Origin: Haliotis rufescens
Lineage: Eukaryota
DNA length: 64,000 nucleotides
Assembly: GCF_023055435.1 (NCBI RefSeq)
Contig: NW_025964334.1
Location: 11,656,001-11,720,000, forward strand
Direction of reading: 5' to 3'
Position 1 is the stretch's first letter, and every line of letters begins with the position of its first letter. Both the position numbers and the translations under genes were made by a program. Positions 1 through 10,567 of the stretch are shown here, piece after piece. The notes under the pieces were generated by a model. It did not search any database, was not told where the DNA came from, and saw nothing but the letters and a program-made list of their open reading frames with translations.

Positions 1-401
1 CCGCAGTGTCAATCCTACGGGTGGAGTCATGTACTGTGGACATTTTTTATACCATGAAAAATGTATTGTCCTTTATTGTCATTATTTTGTTTCCTCAGTG
101 TCAAACCTACTGGACGATCCTTGTGCTGTGGACATTTGTTTTACCATGAACTACTGTCTCTCATTGTAATTAGTTTGTTTCCTCAGTGTCAAACCGACTG
201 GACGATCCTTGTGCTGTGGACATTTTTTTATACCATGAAATAAATATTGTCCCTCAGTGTCATTCTTTTGTTTCCTCATTGTCAAACCTCCTGGACGATC
301 CTTGTGCTGTGGACATTTATTTTACCATGAAATATTGTCCCTCATTGTAGTTCGTTTGTTTCCTCAGTGTCAAACCTACTGGACGAGCCATGTGCTGTGG
401 A
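1..401 (+). repeat. ~90-bp tandem repeat (4+ copies) made of intron 3' end plus the first ~34 nt of the following exon
   Basis: Unit TTTCCTCAG-TGTCAAACCTACTGGACGATCCTTGTGCTGTGGA-CATTTT..ACCATGAAA recurs at about 3, 91, 179, 270 and 360; only the last copy continues into coding sequence. Confidence 0.9.
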
Positions 402-505
402 TTCGGATTGTTCCTTAGCCATTTCTGTTTGTAAAAGCTCCACTTCCCGTTGTTCTTGTAACTATGGCAACATTTACAACCAGTCTGTCAACCAGTGCAT
501 TGCAT
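368..505 (+). CDS. Internal exon, EB/EGF-like 6-Cys module of a secreted EB-PAN repeat protein (5' end lies outside the window)
   Basis: ttcctcag| ... |gtaagt; 138 nt, phase 1-1; SNLLDEPCAVDSDCSLAISVCKSSTSRCSCNYGNIYNQSVNQCIA. Confidence 0.8.
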
Positions 506-1245
506 GTAAGTAATTTAAAGTATTTAAAGTATCACTTTATGAAATAGCTTAAATATCTAACCTCTTTGTTCAATTTATCCCAAACCACATTTCCGAAGCA
601 TATGCCAAACCATGAGCCAAAAAGAAGAGGAACCTGTTGAATATATTTCAGAGAGGATTAAGTACATGCATGATGTTGTCATTTGTAGAACAGAGAAACG
701 GAAAAAAGAGGAAACAGAATTGAAATATACCCATTCTGTCCTAGCCAGCTGTCATCCAAAGTATGGCTGCCCTACATGGAAAGTTTATAGTTGTTCAACT
801 GACGAGGCCTCAAATAACATAACAGCTGTGTGTCAGCATCCCAACAAAGATGGGTATTTTGCTGGATCCAGCAAATGTACCACGAACCCCTGTCTCAAAG
901 TTAAATAATAATCCTTAATACAATCAAGCAACGTCTTTCCAAATAGTCATGGAACGTATGGAGACAAGTAGATCGCAAAAACTTGCAATCTCAGAAACGA
1001 ACCATGTTCCAATCTATTCAAGTATTATTGAAAGTGATTCACAAACACATGCTCAGGATGTTATACAATCCGAATTATACAATCGACTCTTATCCATCGA
1101 TTTCTTATGAATATGGAAAATGTTTTGTTGGTTTTATTTATTGTGGGTTTTTTTATAAACGTCCTAAGGTAAGTCAAGTGTATGCTTGCATCTAAAGGAT
1201 GCACTATCTGTTCTCTGTGCAATGTGATTGTAGGTGATTATGTGG

Positions 1246-1512
1246 TTGGTTAGTTGGTTGGTTTGTTGTTTAACGCCGCACTCAGCAATATTCCAGCTAT
1301 ATGACGGCGGTCTGTAAATAAGCGAGTCTGGACCAGACAATCCAGTGATTGATATCATGAGCATCGATCCACGCAATTGGGATCAATGACATGCATCAAC
1401 CAAGTCATCGAGCCTGACCACCCGATCCCGTTAGTCGCCTTTTGCGACAAGCATGGTCGCCTTTTACGACAAGCATAATCGCCTTTTACGGCAAGCATGG
1501 GTTGCTGAAGAC
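1246..1512 (-). mobile_element. Family A short retroposon (no tRNA head), 5'-truncated copy
   Basis: TSD GTGATTATGTGG on both sides; (CAAC)n tail. Other family A copies at about 5500-5758(-), 9225-9405(+), 20200-20360(+), 25070-25310(-), 26918-27154(-), 27568-27830(+), 28357-28618(+), 37690-37912(-), 38985-39233(-), 44249-44478(+), 51790-52012(-), 54845-55080(+), 57750-57912(+). Confidence 0.9.
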
Positions 1513-1610
1513 GTGATTATGTGGACAAACCATGCAGCGTAGGTTGCGGGAAAACGTGTACATCACGTATGTTGTCATGCTCGTTTACCAGTGTGGGGAT
1601 CTGGTTCAGA

Positions 1611-1778
1611 GTGAGTGAGTGAGTATGGTTTTACGCCGCTTTTAGCATATATTCCAGCATAATCACGGCGGGGGACACCAGAAATGGGCTTCACACATTG
1701 TACCCATGTCGGGAGTCGAACCCGGGTCTTCGGCGTGACGAGCCAACGCTTTAACCACTTGGCTACCCGACCGCCCCT
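1611..1778 (-). mobile_element. Family B tRNA-derived SINE (Asp-like head)
   Basis: Family head GGTAGCC(T/A)AGTGG..GTCAC..GGTTCGA(T/C)TCCC (A and B boxes); (CACT)n tail; TSD CTGGTTCAGA. Other copies at about 3664-3830, 4863-5028, 27375-27510, 28052-28213, 32958-33110, 36558-36630, 38360-38525, 51256-51420, 52392-52553, 62472-62638, 63370-63600. Confidence 0.9.
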
Positions 1779-2049
1779 CTGGTTCAGAATACGTCTCAGC
1801 AACTCCATCATTATGTCAAGCGTTGATTTCCAAAATGAAACACAAAGGTTAACCCATAATCGGTACGTTCAGATCTAATTGTAAAATCTGTAAAATTAAG
1901 GGATTTAGTGTACTTTCAAGGCACAAGGGGCCTTTCAATCAGACAACAAACATAGCTCAGATCTCAGTACGTATATAACATGCATAAAATCATTACACTA
2001 CAATGGACACAGTAGTTCAATGAATAATGAATATATTATATTCAAACAC

Positions 2050-3175
2050 CCCTTTTGAGGTTTACATTGAGTCAGGTAAATCTCAGCAGCAATTAGAGGA
2101 CCTAGAGTTCATGTTAATGCGCTCATGAAGGTTCAAAAGTTGTCTCCGTCGTATATCTTGAAATATACCTCTCTCTTTTTTTAAATAGACCTTTATAGAT
2201 CTTTAAATCATAATAGCCTGCTCTGAACTGCGCTGGCGATACTCGAAGTTTTTTTTATTGTAACAGTTATTAGATATTCTTCGAGTATTAATTGTTGTTT
2301 GAAGAGAGAATAGGTATATGTACATTTGCTATTTCTTAATGTTTTTCCACATTTGCTGGAAAAAATCTTTAGCTCTTTATGAAATACAATAATGACATAA
2401 ACATCTTGACATTTCCAACACCCTGATCCATCCATGCGTATCCAAGGCCTAAACTGAAAAGGGTGATTTTAATATTTGTTGCCCAATTATTTTAATTGCG
2501 TGAGTGAGTGGCATTTTGATCGAGATAGAACAGCATGTTATAGGCTTTTACTGGGCATCACGTGGATGGAAGAGTAGTTACACGCATTTTTTTCTATACA
2601 CTCATATTTTCTATAACCCCATATTTCTGATCCATAAAGTAAAATTGGCACTATCTTTGTATCAAAAATTTGAAAGTATAAATTATAAGGCAGATTATCA
2701 TATTTTAACAAACTTTGTAGGATTGACATCAACACTTTCTTAGCTTAAACAGATGTAGCTTCCAGATATTTATTCCAACTCAAAGTCCTAGTTAACAATA
2801 TTCCAAGGTAAGTATAAGGTGAAACTACCTCTATATGTGCATCTTTGTATATCCATTTCTCTAATTTTGATAATTTCCAAGCGCTTTTAAAAACAAGAAC
2901 TTTGGTTTTATTTAGATTGACGGACAGTGACCACTTGTCACAATAATTTTCCAAAATATTGATTTGACGTTGAAGACCAATTACCGAATCAGAAAAAAGG
3001 ACAACATCGTCAGCAAAAAGTAAAAGGAATATTTCTATTAGATCTGGATATAACTGGATGCCATTTTTAGATTTTGAGTTAATTTCAAGAACAAGTTCAT
3101 TTATGAAGAAAGAGAACAAGAATGGGCTTAATACACAACCCTGACGCACTCCCAAACGGGCAATCAGACATACTT
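2050..3175 (-). mobile_element. Decayed RTE/RTE-X-like LINE reverse-transcriptase fragment
   Basis: GVRQGCVLSPFLF, LLFADD, PILLYGSEIWG motifs in broken ORFs 2745-3155 and 2538-2735. Confidence 0.88.
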
Positions 3176-3277
3176 GTAAGTGACCACTTCAAAGGGATAC
3201 ATATAAGGATTTCTTTCTCAGTTGTAGAGTAATTTTCTGATGCCCGTCAATTTAATGAAACATGCGACTGGAACATA

Positions 3278-3433
3278 TCCGTGAGTATAAATTCACTGTT
3301 GGTCACACTATGAGACTTGGTTCAATTTTCATGAAATTGTACATAAATTAATGAAGAAATTAATTATTCCCACACTTCTAGAACATTGAACCAAGTCTCA
3401 TGATGTGACCTCGGGAGAATTCATACTAACGGA
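3278..3433. mobile_element. ~155-bp imperfect palindrome (foldback/MITE-like)
   Basis: Left arm CCGTGAGTATAAATTC..GGTCACACTATGAGACTTGGTTCAAT pairs with right arm ATTGAACCAAGTCTCATGATGTGACC..GAATTCATACTAACGG. Confidence 0.75.
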
Positions 3434-5105
3434 ACTGTGCTTCATAGTGGTGTAAAGTGTTGTATATGTTATTGTTTCATCGTCGCAAATGCATTGCAAA
3501 ACCCATACCTGGGAACAGGGGACAGAGAGTCACGCCCTATTGACGGTGTAGGAACTCAATTAACAATGTCTGTCTGGTGTTCGAGTCTACACCACAACCT
3601 TGCTGATTCAGCATATAATTTCAGTTGTGGGTCCAATCATCTCATATATCCTCTTGTAGCTAAGGGGGCGGTCGGGTAGCCTAGTGGTTAAAGCATTCGA
3701 TCGTCACGCCGAAGACCCGGGTTCGATTCCCGACATGGGTACAATGTGTGAAGCCCATTTCTGGTGTCCACCGGCGTGATATTGCTGGAATAGTGCTAAA
3801 AGCGTCGTGAAACATACTTACTCACTCACTCTTGTAGATATGCTTGGCATGTTCCTGGAGACAAGCAAATTCTTCAATTTCTGCTCTGAATGGTATCACC
3901 TCCGGGTATTTACATCCATACCCCACAAACCCAAGGATACTATGCCAGGTCTAGTTGAACAAAACTTTCATATAGTTGTGGGAACACGTTGTAAGACATG
4001 TCTCCATAAGAGCAAAATTGTGTGTTAAACAGCCAAGAGCAGGTGATGCTAAATTGACAGTCAAGCTCGCATATGCATATCACAGTAAGCAGGAAGTCAG
4101 AATCCGAGAAACCTGTGTCTGTCTGAATACTTGACATTAATGTAACCACGATAACAAATCATGTTACACTGTGAATTTGTTTCTGCCTGAAATACACACA
4201 TTTACGCAGCCTCCATCAACACATCCAACGGTAAAGGATATCCAACATGAGCTGTGGCGAGCGAGTTGGGTTTATCGCCGCTTTTAACTTTATTCCAGTT
4301 ATATCACGGCGTGTCAGCTTAATGTGGGAGGAAAGCCCGAAGTGATGAAGGTCTCAGACGTTTACCACTTCGGTAAAACCAACGACCACGGGTATGGTGC
4401 TGACGAACCAAGAAACATAATCGGGGCGAACCGGGATTCGAAAACACAATCATAGGTTTCTGGCGTGCCCAAAGGACGCAACTCTGCACAGCGAATCGCG
4501 GAGCCTTAGACGACTGGGCCACCCGTGCCCCCCACATGAGCTGTGGACTGTCAGCCTCTAGGGCTAGATGTACCCTGTCGTCACCATAAAGTTATCAATC
4601 TGTGTACCGACGTTGCTTTCCTTGACCTCTTCAGCGAGACCATGAACGTACAACGCGAAGAGGGTAGCGATAACACTAAAAATAAATCAAACACATCGGT
4701 TTCAAACTGATTCACTTACACAGAGCATATAACATTTTCGTACAGAGATCTCGCTTGTAATATGTTATCTGATATACCATGGTCTGGGAGTTTAAAACCA
4801 AAATCATATAAACAAACTAATTTATAAATATACGTAATCTCAAGAAAGCTTATATGAATATAAGGGGTGGTTGGGTAGCCTAGTGGTTAAAGCGTTAGCT
4901 CGTCAAGGCGAAGACCCGGTTTCGATTCCCGACATGGGTACAATGTGTGAAGCCCATTTCTGGTGTCCTCCGCCGTGATATTGCTGGAATATTGCTAAAA
5001 GCGGCGTAAAACCATACTCACTCACTCAGTTATATGTATTTATTTCAATTCCACCATGGGAATGAACCCAAAAGAAAGAAACTGGTCAATGCACCTGTGT
5101 ACACT

Positions 5106-5250
5106 NNNNNNNNNNNNNNNNNNNNNNNNNNNNNNNNNNNNNNNNNNNNNNNNNNNNNNNNNNNNNNNNNNNNNNNNNNNNNNNNNNNNNNNNNNNNNNN
5201 NNNNNNNNNNNNNNNNNNNNNNNNNNNNNNNNNNNNNNNNNNNNNNNNNN
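5106..5250. other. Assembly gap (others at 50880-51014, 55269-55415, 62677-62806)
   Basis: N runs, some adjacent to microsatellites. Confidence 0.99.
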
Positions 5251-5307
5251 TCATCCATACCCACTCACCCACCCACCTAACCACTCACTCATACACTCAC
5301 GTTTCAG

Positions 5308-5439
5308 CGCCGGATCTTCACAGTACTACATGCAGCTCTAACTCCGATTGCTCAGTTGCCAACTCGATATGCCGCAGTGGCAGCTGTGTCTGTGATGTCG
5401 GATACTCTTTTAATAAAGAAGAAAACCAATGTGACCAAT
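5308..5439 (+). CDS. Internal exon, EB/EGF-like 6-Cys module
   Basis: gtttcag| ... |gtgagt; 132 nt, phase 1-1; PDLHSTTCSSNSDCSVANSICRSGSCVCDVGYSFNKEENQCDQ. Confidence 0.9.
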
Positions 5440-5897
5440 GTGAGTGTTTACTTGCTACACGTAAGACATTCAATTCCATACTGTACTAGTTTGGCATGAC
5501 TGGTTGGTTGCTTTGTTGTTTCACGCCGCACTCAGCAATATTCCAGCTATATGATGGCGGTCTGTAAATAATCCAGTCTGGACCAGACAATCCAGTGACT
5601 AATATCATGAGCATCGATCCACGCAATGGGGATCGATGACATGCATGAACCAAGTCAGCGAGCCTGACCACCCGATCCCGTTAGTCGCCTTTTACGACAA
5701 TCATAGTCACCTTTTACGGCAAGCACGGGTTGCTGAAGACCCCGGATCTTCACGGGTCAGTTTGGTATGAACGAATAGACCAACTCTGGTCCGCAGTCTA
5801 GTTGGAACCAGAGATCGATAGTCAGAAAGGTATATTTAATCTCGTTTTCGTCTGTAATAGAATACTATATACAATACGCCCGTGTAAAGCAAACTAA

Positions 5898-6579
5898 TGG
5901 CCCTGTCACACTACAACGTTTTTGAGTAACTTGTACCGAGCGTGTTAAAGAAAGTTAGTACGCTGTCATACGTCGAGCTTTCATCGAAAAACCATGATTT
6001 TGGCGTATCCATAACGTATACATAACCAGTTCACCGTATATGTAACGCATGTCAAACGTATTAGGAGCGTATCACTGACTTATACATAACTTATGACAGC
6101 GTATAAAAGCGTATTGCCAGCGTGTGTCTTGCGTGTTCAACCCATGGCCAGCGTATGCCCAGCGTATGAGTAACGTTTGACTGGCGCCTTCAGCGTAGGG
6201 GAAAAGTGCCCCAAACGGGCCCCGCGGTAGAATAACTAGTAGTGTACACCCATTCATCAAATTATATTTTACTTCATTCAAGCAGTAGTCTTCGCTCTGT
6301 CAACATCATCAAGATGCCTCCCAAGAAGAAACCTGCCTTAAACCTTACCTCTAACGTATGCCTAACGTATAATTCATACGTTCCCATACGCCGAAAGTTT
6401 TGTGCATGCACAAAAATGTTTTAAGCCTCGGCGTACTACAACGTATACCAGCGTGCTTTTAACGTATACAAATTACACCTAACTTATCCATAGCGTGTTT
6501 CAGCGTTGCCGACGTTTTTTGCAAAGATTCTCATACGTCGCCAAACGTTACTGCTATACGTTGTAGTGTGACAGGGCCA
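5898..6579. mobile_element. Non-autonomous PIF/Harbinger-like DNA transposon
   Basis: Perfect TIR TGGCCCTGTCACACTACAACGT / ACGTTGTAGTGTGACAGGGCCA; 3-bp TSD TAA; many internal AACGTA motifs. Confidence 0.88.
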
Positions 6580-6622
6580 TAACATGCGCAAAAGACCCAC
6601 ATATCAAAATCAGTTTTGTGGA

Positions 6623-7133
6623 CTTCTTCCCGAGGCATGAGAGTAAACTGACTATAAAAGTACAGTTTCCACCCTTGCCGAACTAGGCTGGTATTATGCT
6701 ACATTTTGTCTAACGAGTCTATGCATAGTCCATTCAAAATCGCGCGCCTAAATCAAAATCCGATCGATTGCAGGATTTGCAAAGCATGTGCACCGCCAAC
6801 TCGTTGTCAGCAGATATTTTCCAAATATTTTCATGTTTTTAATCAAGGTGCTCACGTGATTTGATGCATTTCGCGATGTAAGACCCGTTTTATCACAATA
6901 TAGATCTTGATTATCGATCCGATCGTCCTGACTTAGCGCCACCATTTTGTGTGAAGCAAACGCAATTGATACGAGAGGTGGAATCTGATTGGTCCATAGG
7001 AGAGGCTTAGAAGGGACATAATTGGTAATAGCCACTGATGGCGCAACGATCAAGCCCAGTAATTCCAGCCTAGTTCGGCAAGGGTGGAAACTGGATTTTT
7101 AAAGTCAGTTAACTCCCTTGCCTCGGGAAGATG
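6623..7133. mobile_element. MITE with ~65-bp TIRs (family consensus CATCTTCCCGAGGCAAGGGAGTTAACTGACT...)
   Basis: Long inverted termini; two more copies at 52238-52911 and 53100-53363; superfamily not determined. Confidence 0.88.
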
Positions 7134-7554
7134 TTTTATGGATAGATATGTAGATTTAAATTAATTAATTATCAATTGAATAACAGGCACACATTAAGAT
7201 TTAGGAATGCAAACAAAGTTAATTATTACTCATCCGTAGTGTGTTTTGTTCTAAGTATGTTCATACACTAATGCCTAGAAGTTCATTCCCCTTAAACTTC
7301 GGGCTTTCCCCCCACATTAAGCTGACACGCCGCGAAACAACTGGGATACTGTTAAAAGCGGCGTTGAACCCAACTCACTCACTCACTCACTCACTCATTC
7401 CCCTTAATTACAGACGTTGACAACGCATGGGGCATGGGCGTTTTGTCGTAATAGGCATCTAAATGGTAAGGCTCGGTGCCTTGATTGTATGTGATCGTAC
7501 CCCAATGGCGTGAATCGATGCTCGAATTAATGTATATTTGGGGGGGGAAATCAG

Positions 7555-7818
7555 TCTGCACAGTTTACGGGGATAGCTACGATGGTTACGTCGACGTTGG
7601 CGTTGGCGGATGCAACCTCATCTCTGTAACGGCGTCAACTGCTGAAGACTGCTGGAAGACATGTACCTCACAGACGGGGATGCTGTGCAAGAACGTTGAG
7701 TACTACGGAGCATCTGGGTCCTGTATTTTGTGTGATAAAGCCTGGTTTGAACTCAGCTCAGGAAGTCGGCTGTATTCAGATCCAGGATGGACGACCTACT
7801 TCAGAAACTGCGGAGACT
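7555..7818 (+). CDS. Internal exon, PAN/apple domain
   Basis: aatcag| ... |gtaagt; 264 nt, phase 1-1; CTVYGDSYDGYVDVGVGGCNLISVTASTAEDCWKTCTSQTGMLCKNVEYYGASGSCILCDKAW...TTYFRNCGD with the PAN CxxxC..C..C core. The acceptor lacks a pyrimidine tract. Confidence 0.85.
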
Positions 7819-8857
7819 GTAAGTTAAAATAACTTTTCGAAACTGAATAAATTAAAATTAAAGCATGGTTCCTTTGACCAATATGTCAGTTAATACCCGG
7901 TGAAGAGCCCGGAGCTACTTTAATAAAAATCAACTCGCAAATATTACAAAGATTTATTATTTATTTTAACACACAGCATCAACTGGCGCGCTATCTGTTA
8001 ACAGAAATATTACGATCGATTTCAATGCGAGATCCGTGGACTACTTGCGGGGAACTCGCGCTTTTTGTTGTTTTGGACGTCTTCCCTGAATGATCCTCCG
8101 CAGTTCATCATGCTGGTCGTCGGTGACCCGTGTGTAATTCCCTCAGTATCATTCACGTTGACCGTGTCATCAGTTGTTCGTCCACCTTATTTTGGAACAG
8201 GTGGGTTGCGCACGTCGCCCACAGAGGAGGATGAGAGTAGAAACCTGAAACAGCGTTGTCACGTAAACAATTGACCTGTCTTTGCATGTATTTGTGACGG
8301 GTACCACCGGTGGGACAATAAACGCTCATTTCTTGGCTATGAGATTTGTTAAAATATAGAAAGGGTTTGGTCGGTTTTATTAAAAGTTTCGAACTGTTTA
8401 AGACTACGTAACGCGTAGGCCAAAATATGGACCATGTCTTTTCTCATCGTCAGTGCTTCACGGTTTACCATCGCCTGTGAATACATACGACGGCTGTGGG
8501 GTGTAACAGTGACGCGTGTCTGTTTGAACCAATGGCATGAGGTTCTGTATACTTTGAAGTCAAATGAACCCTACTCCGTGCAAGACTGCTACCATTGCCT
8601 CATATTGAAGCAATGTAAGAGAAGATGGCTGCACGGGCTCAAGCACACGTCACACGAGGAATATTGCCGTGTGTGCGATGTAAACTGAGCGTTCATTGGT
8701 CAGCGTAACAGCTCCTCTCGTTGGAACCATGCCGTGGCGTGATTCGTGGGTTTAAAATAGCACTGCAAAGCGGACGTGTGTATTCACGTGTGATGAAAGG
8801 CCGTGAATACACAGTGAAATATTGACGATGATGTTATCTGTCTCTCTTTCCTTCCAG

Positions 8858-8989
8858 CAACCAAATTACTCGGGCATCTCTGCGGCAGTAACACAAATTG
8901 CTCAGCATCTAATTTCATCTGTAGAAGTGGAACCTGCGTGTGTGATATTGGCTACTCTTTCAAATCTGACACCAACGAATGTGTGCAAT
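8858..8989 (+). CDS. Internal exon, EB/EGF-like 6-Cys module
   Basis: tttccttccag| ... |gtaagt; 132 nt, phase 1-1; TKLLGHLCGSNTNCSASNFICRSGTCVCDIGYSFKSDTNECVQ, a clear paralogue of 5308-5439. Confidence 0.9.
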
Positions 8990-10164
8990 GTAAGTACATG
9001 TTCATGAAAGGATCATTTCATTTATGAATGCCAAGGCTCAGATAACCGTTCATACAAAGCGACCTTAACAAAACTTTAAAAGACCAATGGTATTTTTTGG
9101 ATATGGATAAATTATATGTATATCATGTTTCATAATATTTGTTTGAGCTGAAATTAACTTCAGTGCGTTTAGACGACAGGCTAAGGTAGCGGACGATACT
9201 ATGTTCATACATTTGGTGCGCCCCCGTAATTTGTCGTAAGAGGCGACTAACGGGATCGGGTGGTCAGGCTCGCTCGCTGAATTGGTTGATGCATGTTATC
9301 GTATCCAAATTGCGTAGATCGATGCTCATGATGTCAATCACTGGATTGTACAGACCGCCGTCATATAGCTGGAATATTGCTGAGTGCGACGTCAAAACCA
9401 AACAAATCATGTATTTTGGATATAGTGAGGCAATAAATAAATGTGTGGACGCTGGCGGTCTTAAACCGAATTTCATGTTATTTCCAACACGTATGTTGGG
9501 CATCAGAAAGAATTTTTGTGAGTTTTCTAATAAACCAAAAGGCCTAAGTAGATTAATCTTCCTGAAGGTGATGGGGAAGTCTCGTGGTTAAAGCGTTTGC
9601 TTATCACGTGGGTACAGGGTACGATGTGCGACGTAAAACAGCACTCTAAACTTACTGAGGATGTTAAGGGTCGGTTTGACAGAGAAAATCCAGGTGCACG
9701 ATATACCCAGATTAACAATATTTACTGGAAACAAATAAAGACAATTGTTCCCGGATACCATCTGAATCCTTTTAATCAACCTTCAAGATTCTTTGGTAAT
9801 TTTCAGAGGTGTTTGGAGAAAATGCAATGTAACGTTTTATTTATTTGCTTAAGATATCTGGCCCACCCTCCATTGTCATTGCTGTAAATAGTATGATGCA
9901 CGATAGATTGCTATTTTAAATGTCCTGGACTAACACACACGCACGCACGCACGCATGCACGCACGCACGCACGCACGCACGCACACACACATACACACAC
10001 GCACCCACGCACGCACGCATGCATGCACAAACACACATACGCACGCGCACACACACACGAACACAAACACACACACACACAAACACGCACACACAGTAGT
10101 TTCGATCATTCCTACTGTTTGTAAAAAGTTAACCTTTCTCTGTCAAAGACAATTTCTATTTCAG

Positions 10165-10424
10165 TATGCTCTACGTACGGTAACACCTACGTCGGTCATA
10201 AAGACGTTGGCGTGGAAAACTGCAACACTGTTTCTACGACCACGACTACGGCTCAGGCATGTTGGGAGAGATGCACGACCGAAGCTGGACTTTGCAAGAG
10301 CGCGGAGTACCACCGTAGTGATGGAACTTGCCATATGTGTGACCAAGCATGGTTTGACCTGAGCCCTGGGAGCAGGCTGTATGTTGACAATGGCAGGACC
10401 ATCTATTTTAGAAACTGTGCCTAA
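10165..10424 (+). CDS. Terminal coding exon, PAN/apple domain
   Basis: ttctatttcag|; phase 1; CSTYGNTYVGHKDVGVENCNTVSTTTTTAQACWERCTTEAGLCKSAEYHRSDGTCHMCDQAW...TIYFRNCA then TAA; paralogue of 7555-7818. Confidence 0.9.
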
Positions 10425-10567
10425 AACCTTTGGTGTTTAGTGATGTATGCCTTGCCTATTTTCCACAAATTTGGCATTTTCTCCTGAAACCCTCAACATA
10501 TACATATACATGTATATTTTTTGCGTTTGTGTGTGCATGGTCCCATGAGATTTGGTTGGCTCATAAT

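Noticed and set aside
1-401. CRISPR-like repeat-spacer array
   Set aside because: The apparent spacers are homologous to each other; eukaryotic intron context and no cas genes.
3664-3740. tRNA-Asp-like and tRNA-Leu-like genes
   Set aside because: They continue into SINE bodies with tails and TSDs and lack proper acceptor stems; no true tRNA gene was seen.
5034-5284. ORFs spanning N runs (also near 50.9, 55.3 and 62.7 kb)
   Set aside because: Artefacts of assembly gaps.
8050-8760. Possible very old Tc1 remnants (also about 20820-21100)
   Set aside because: Only isolated DESR and HLEHTW-like words; too degraded to support by eye.
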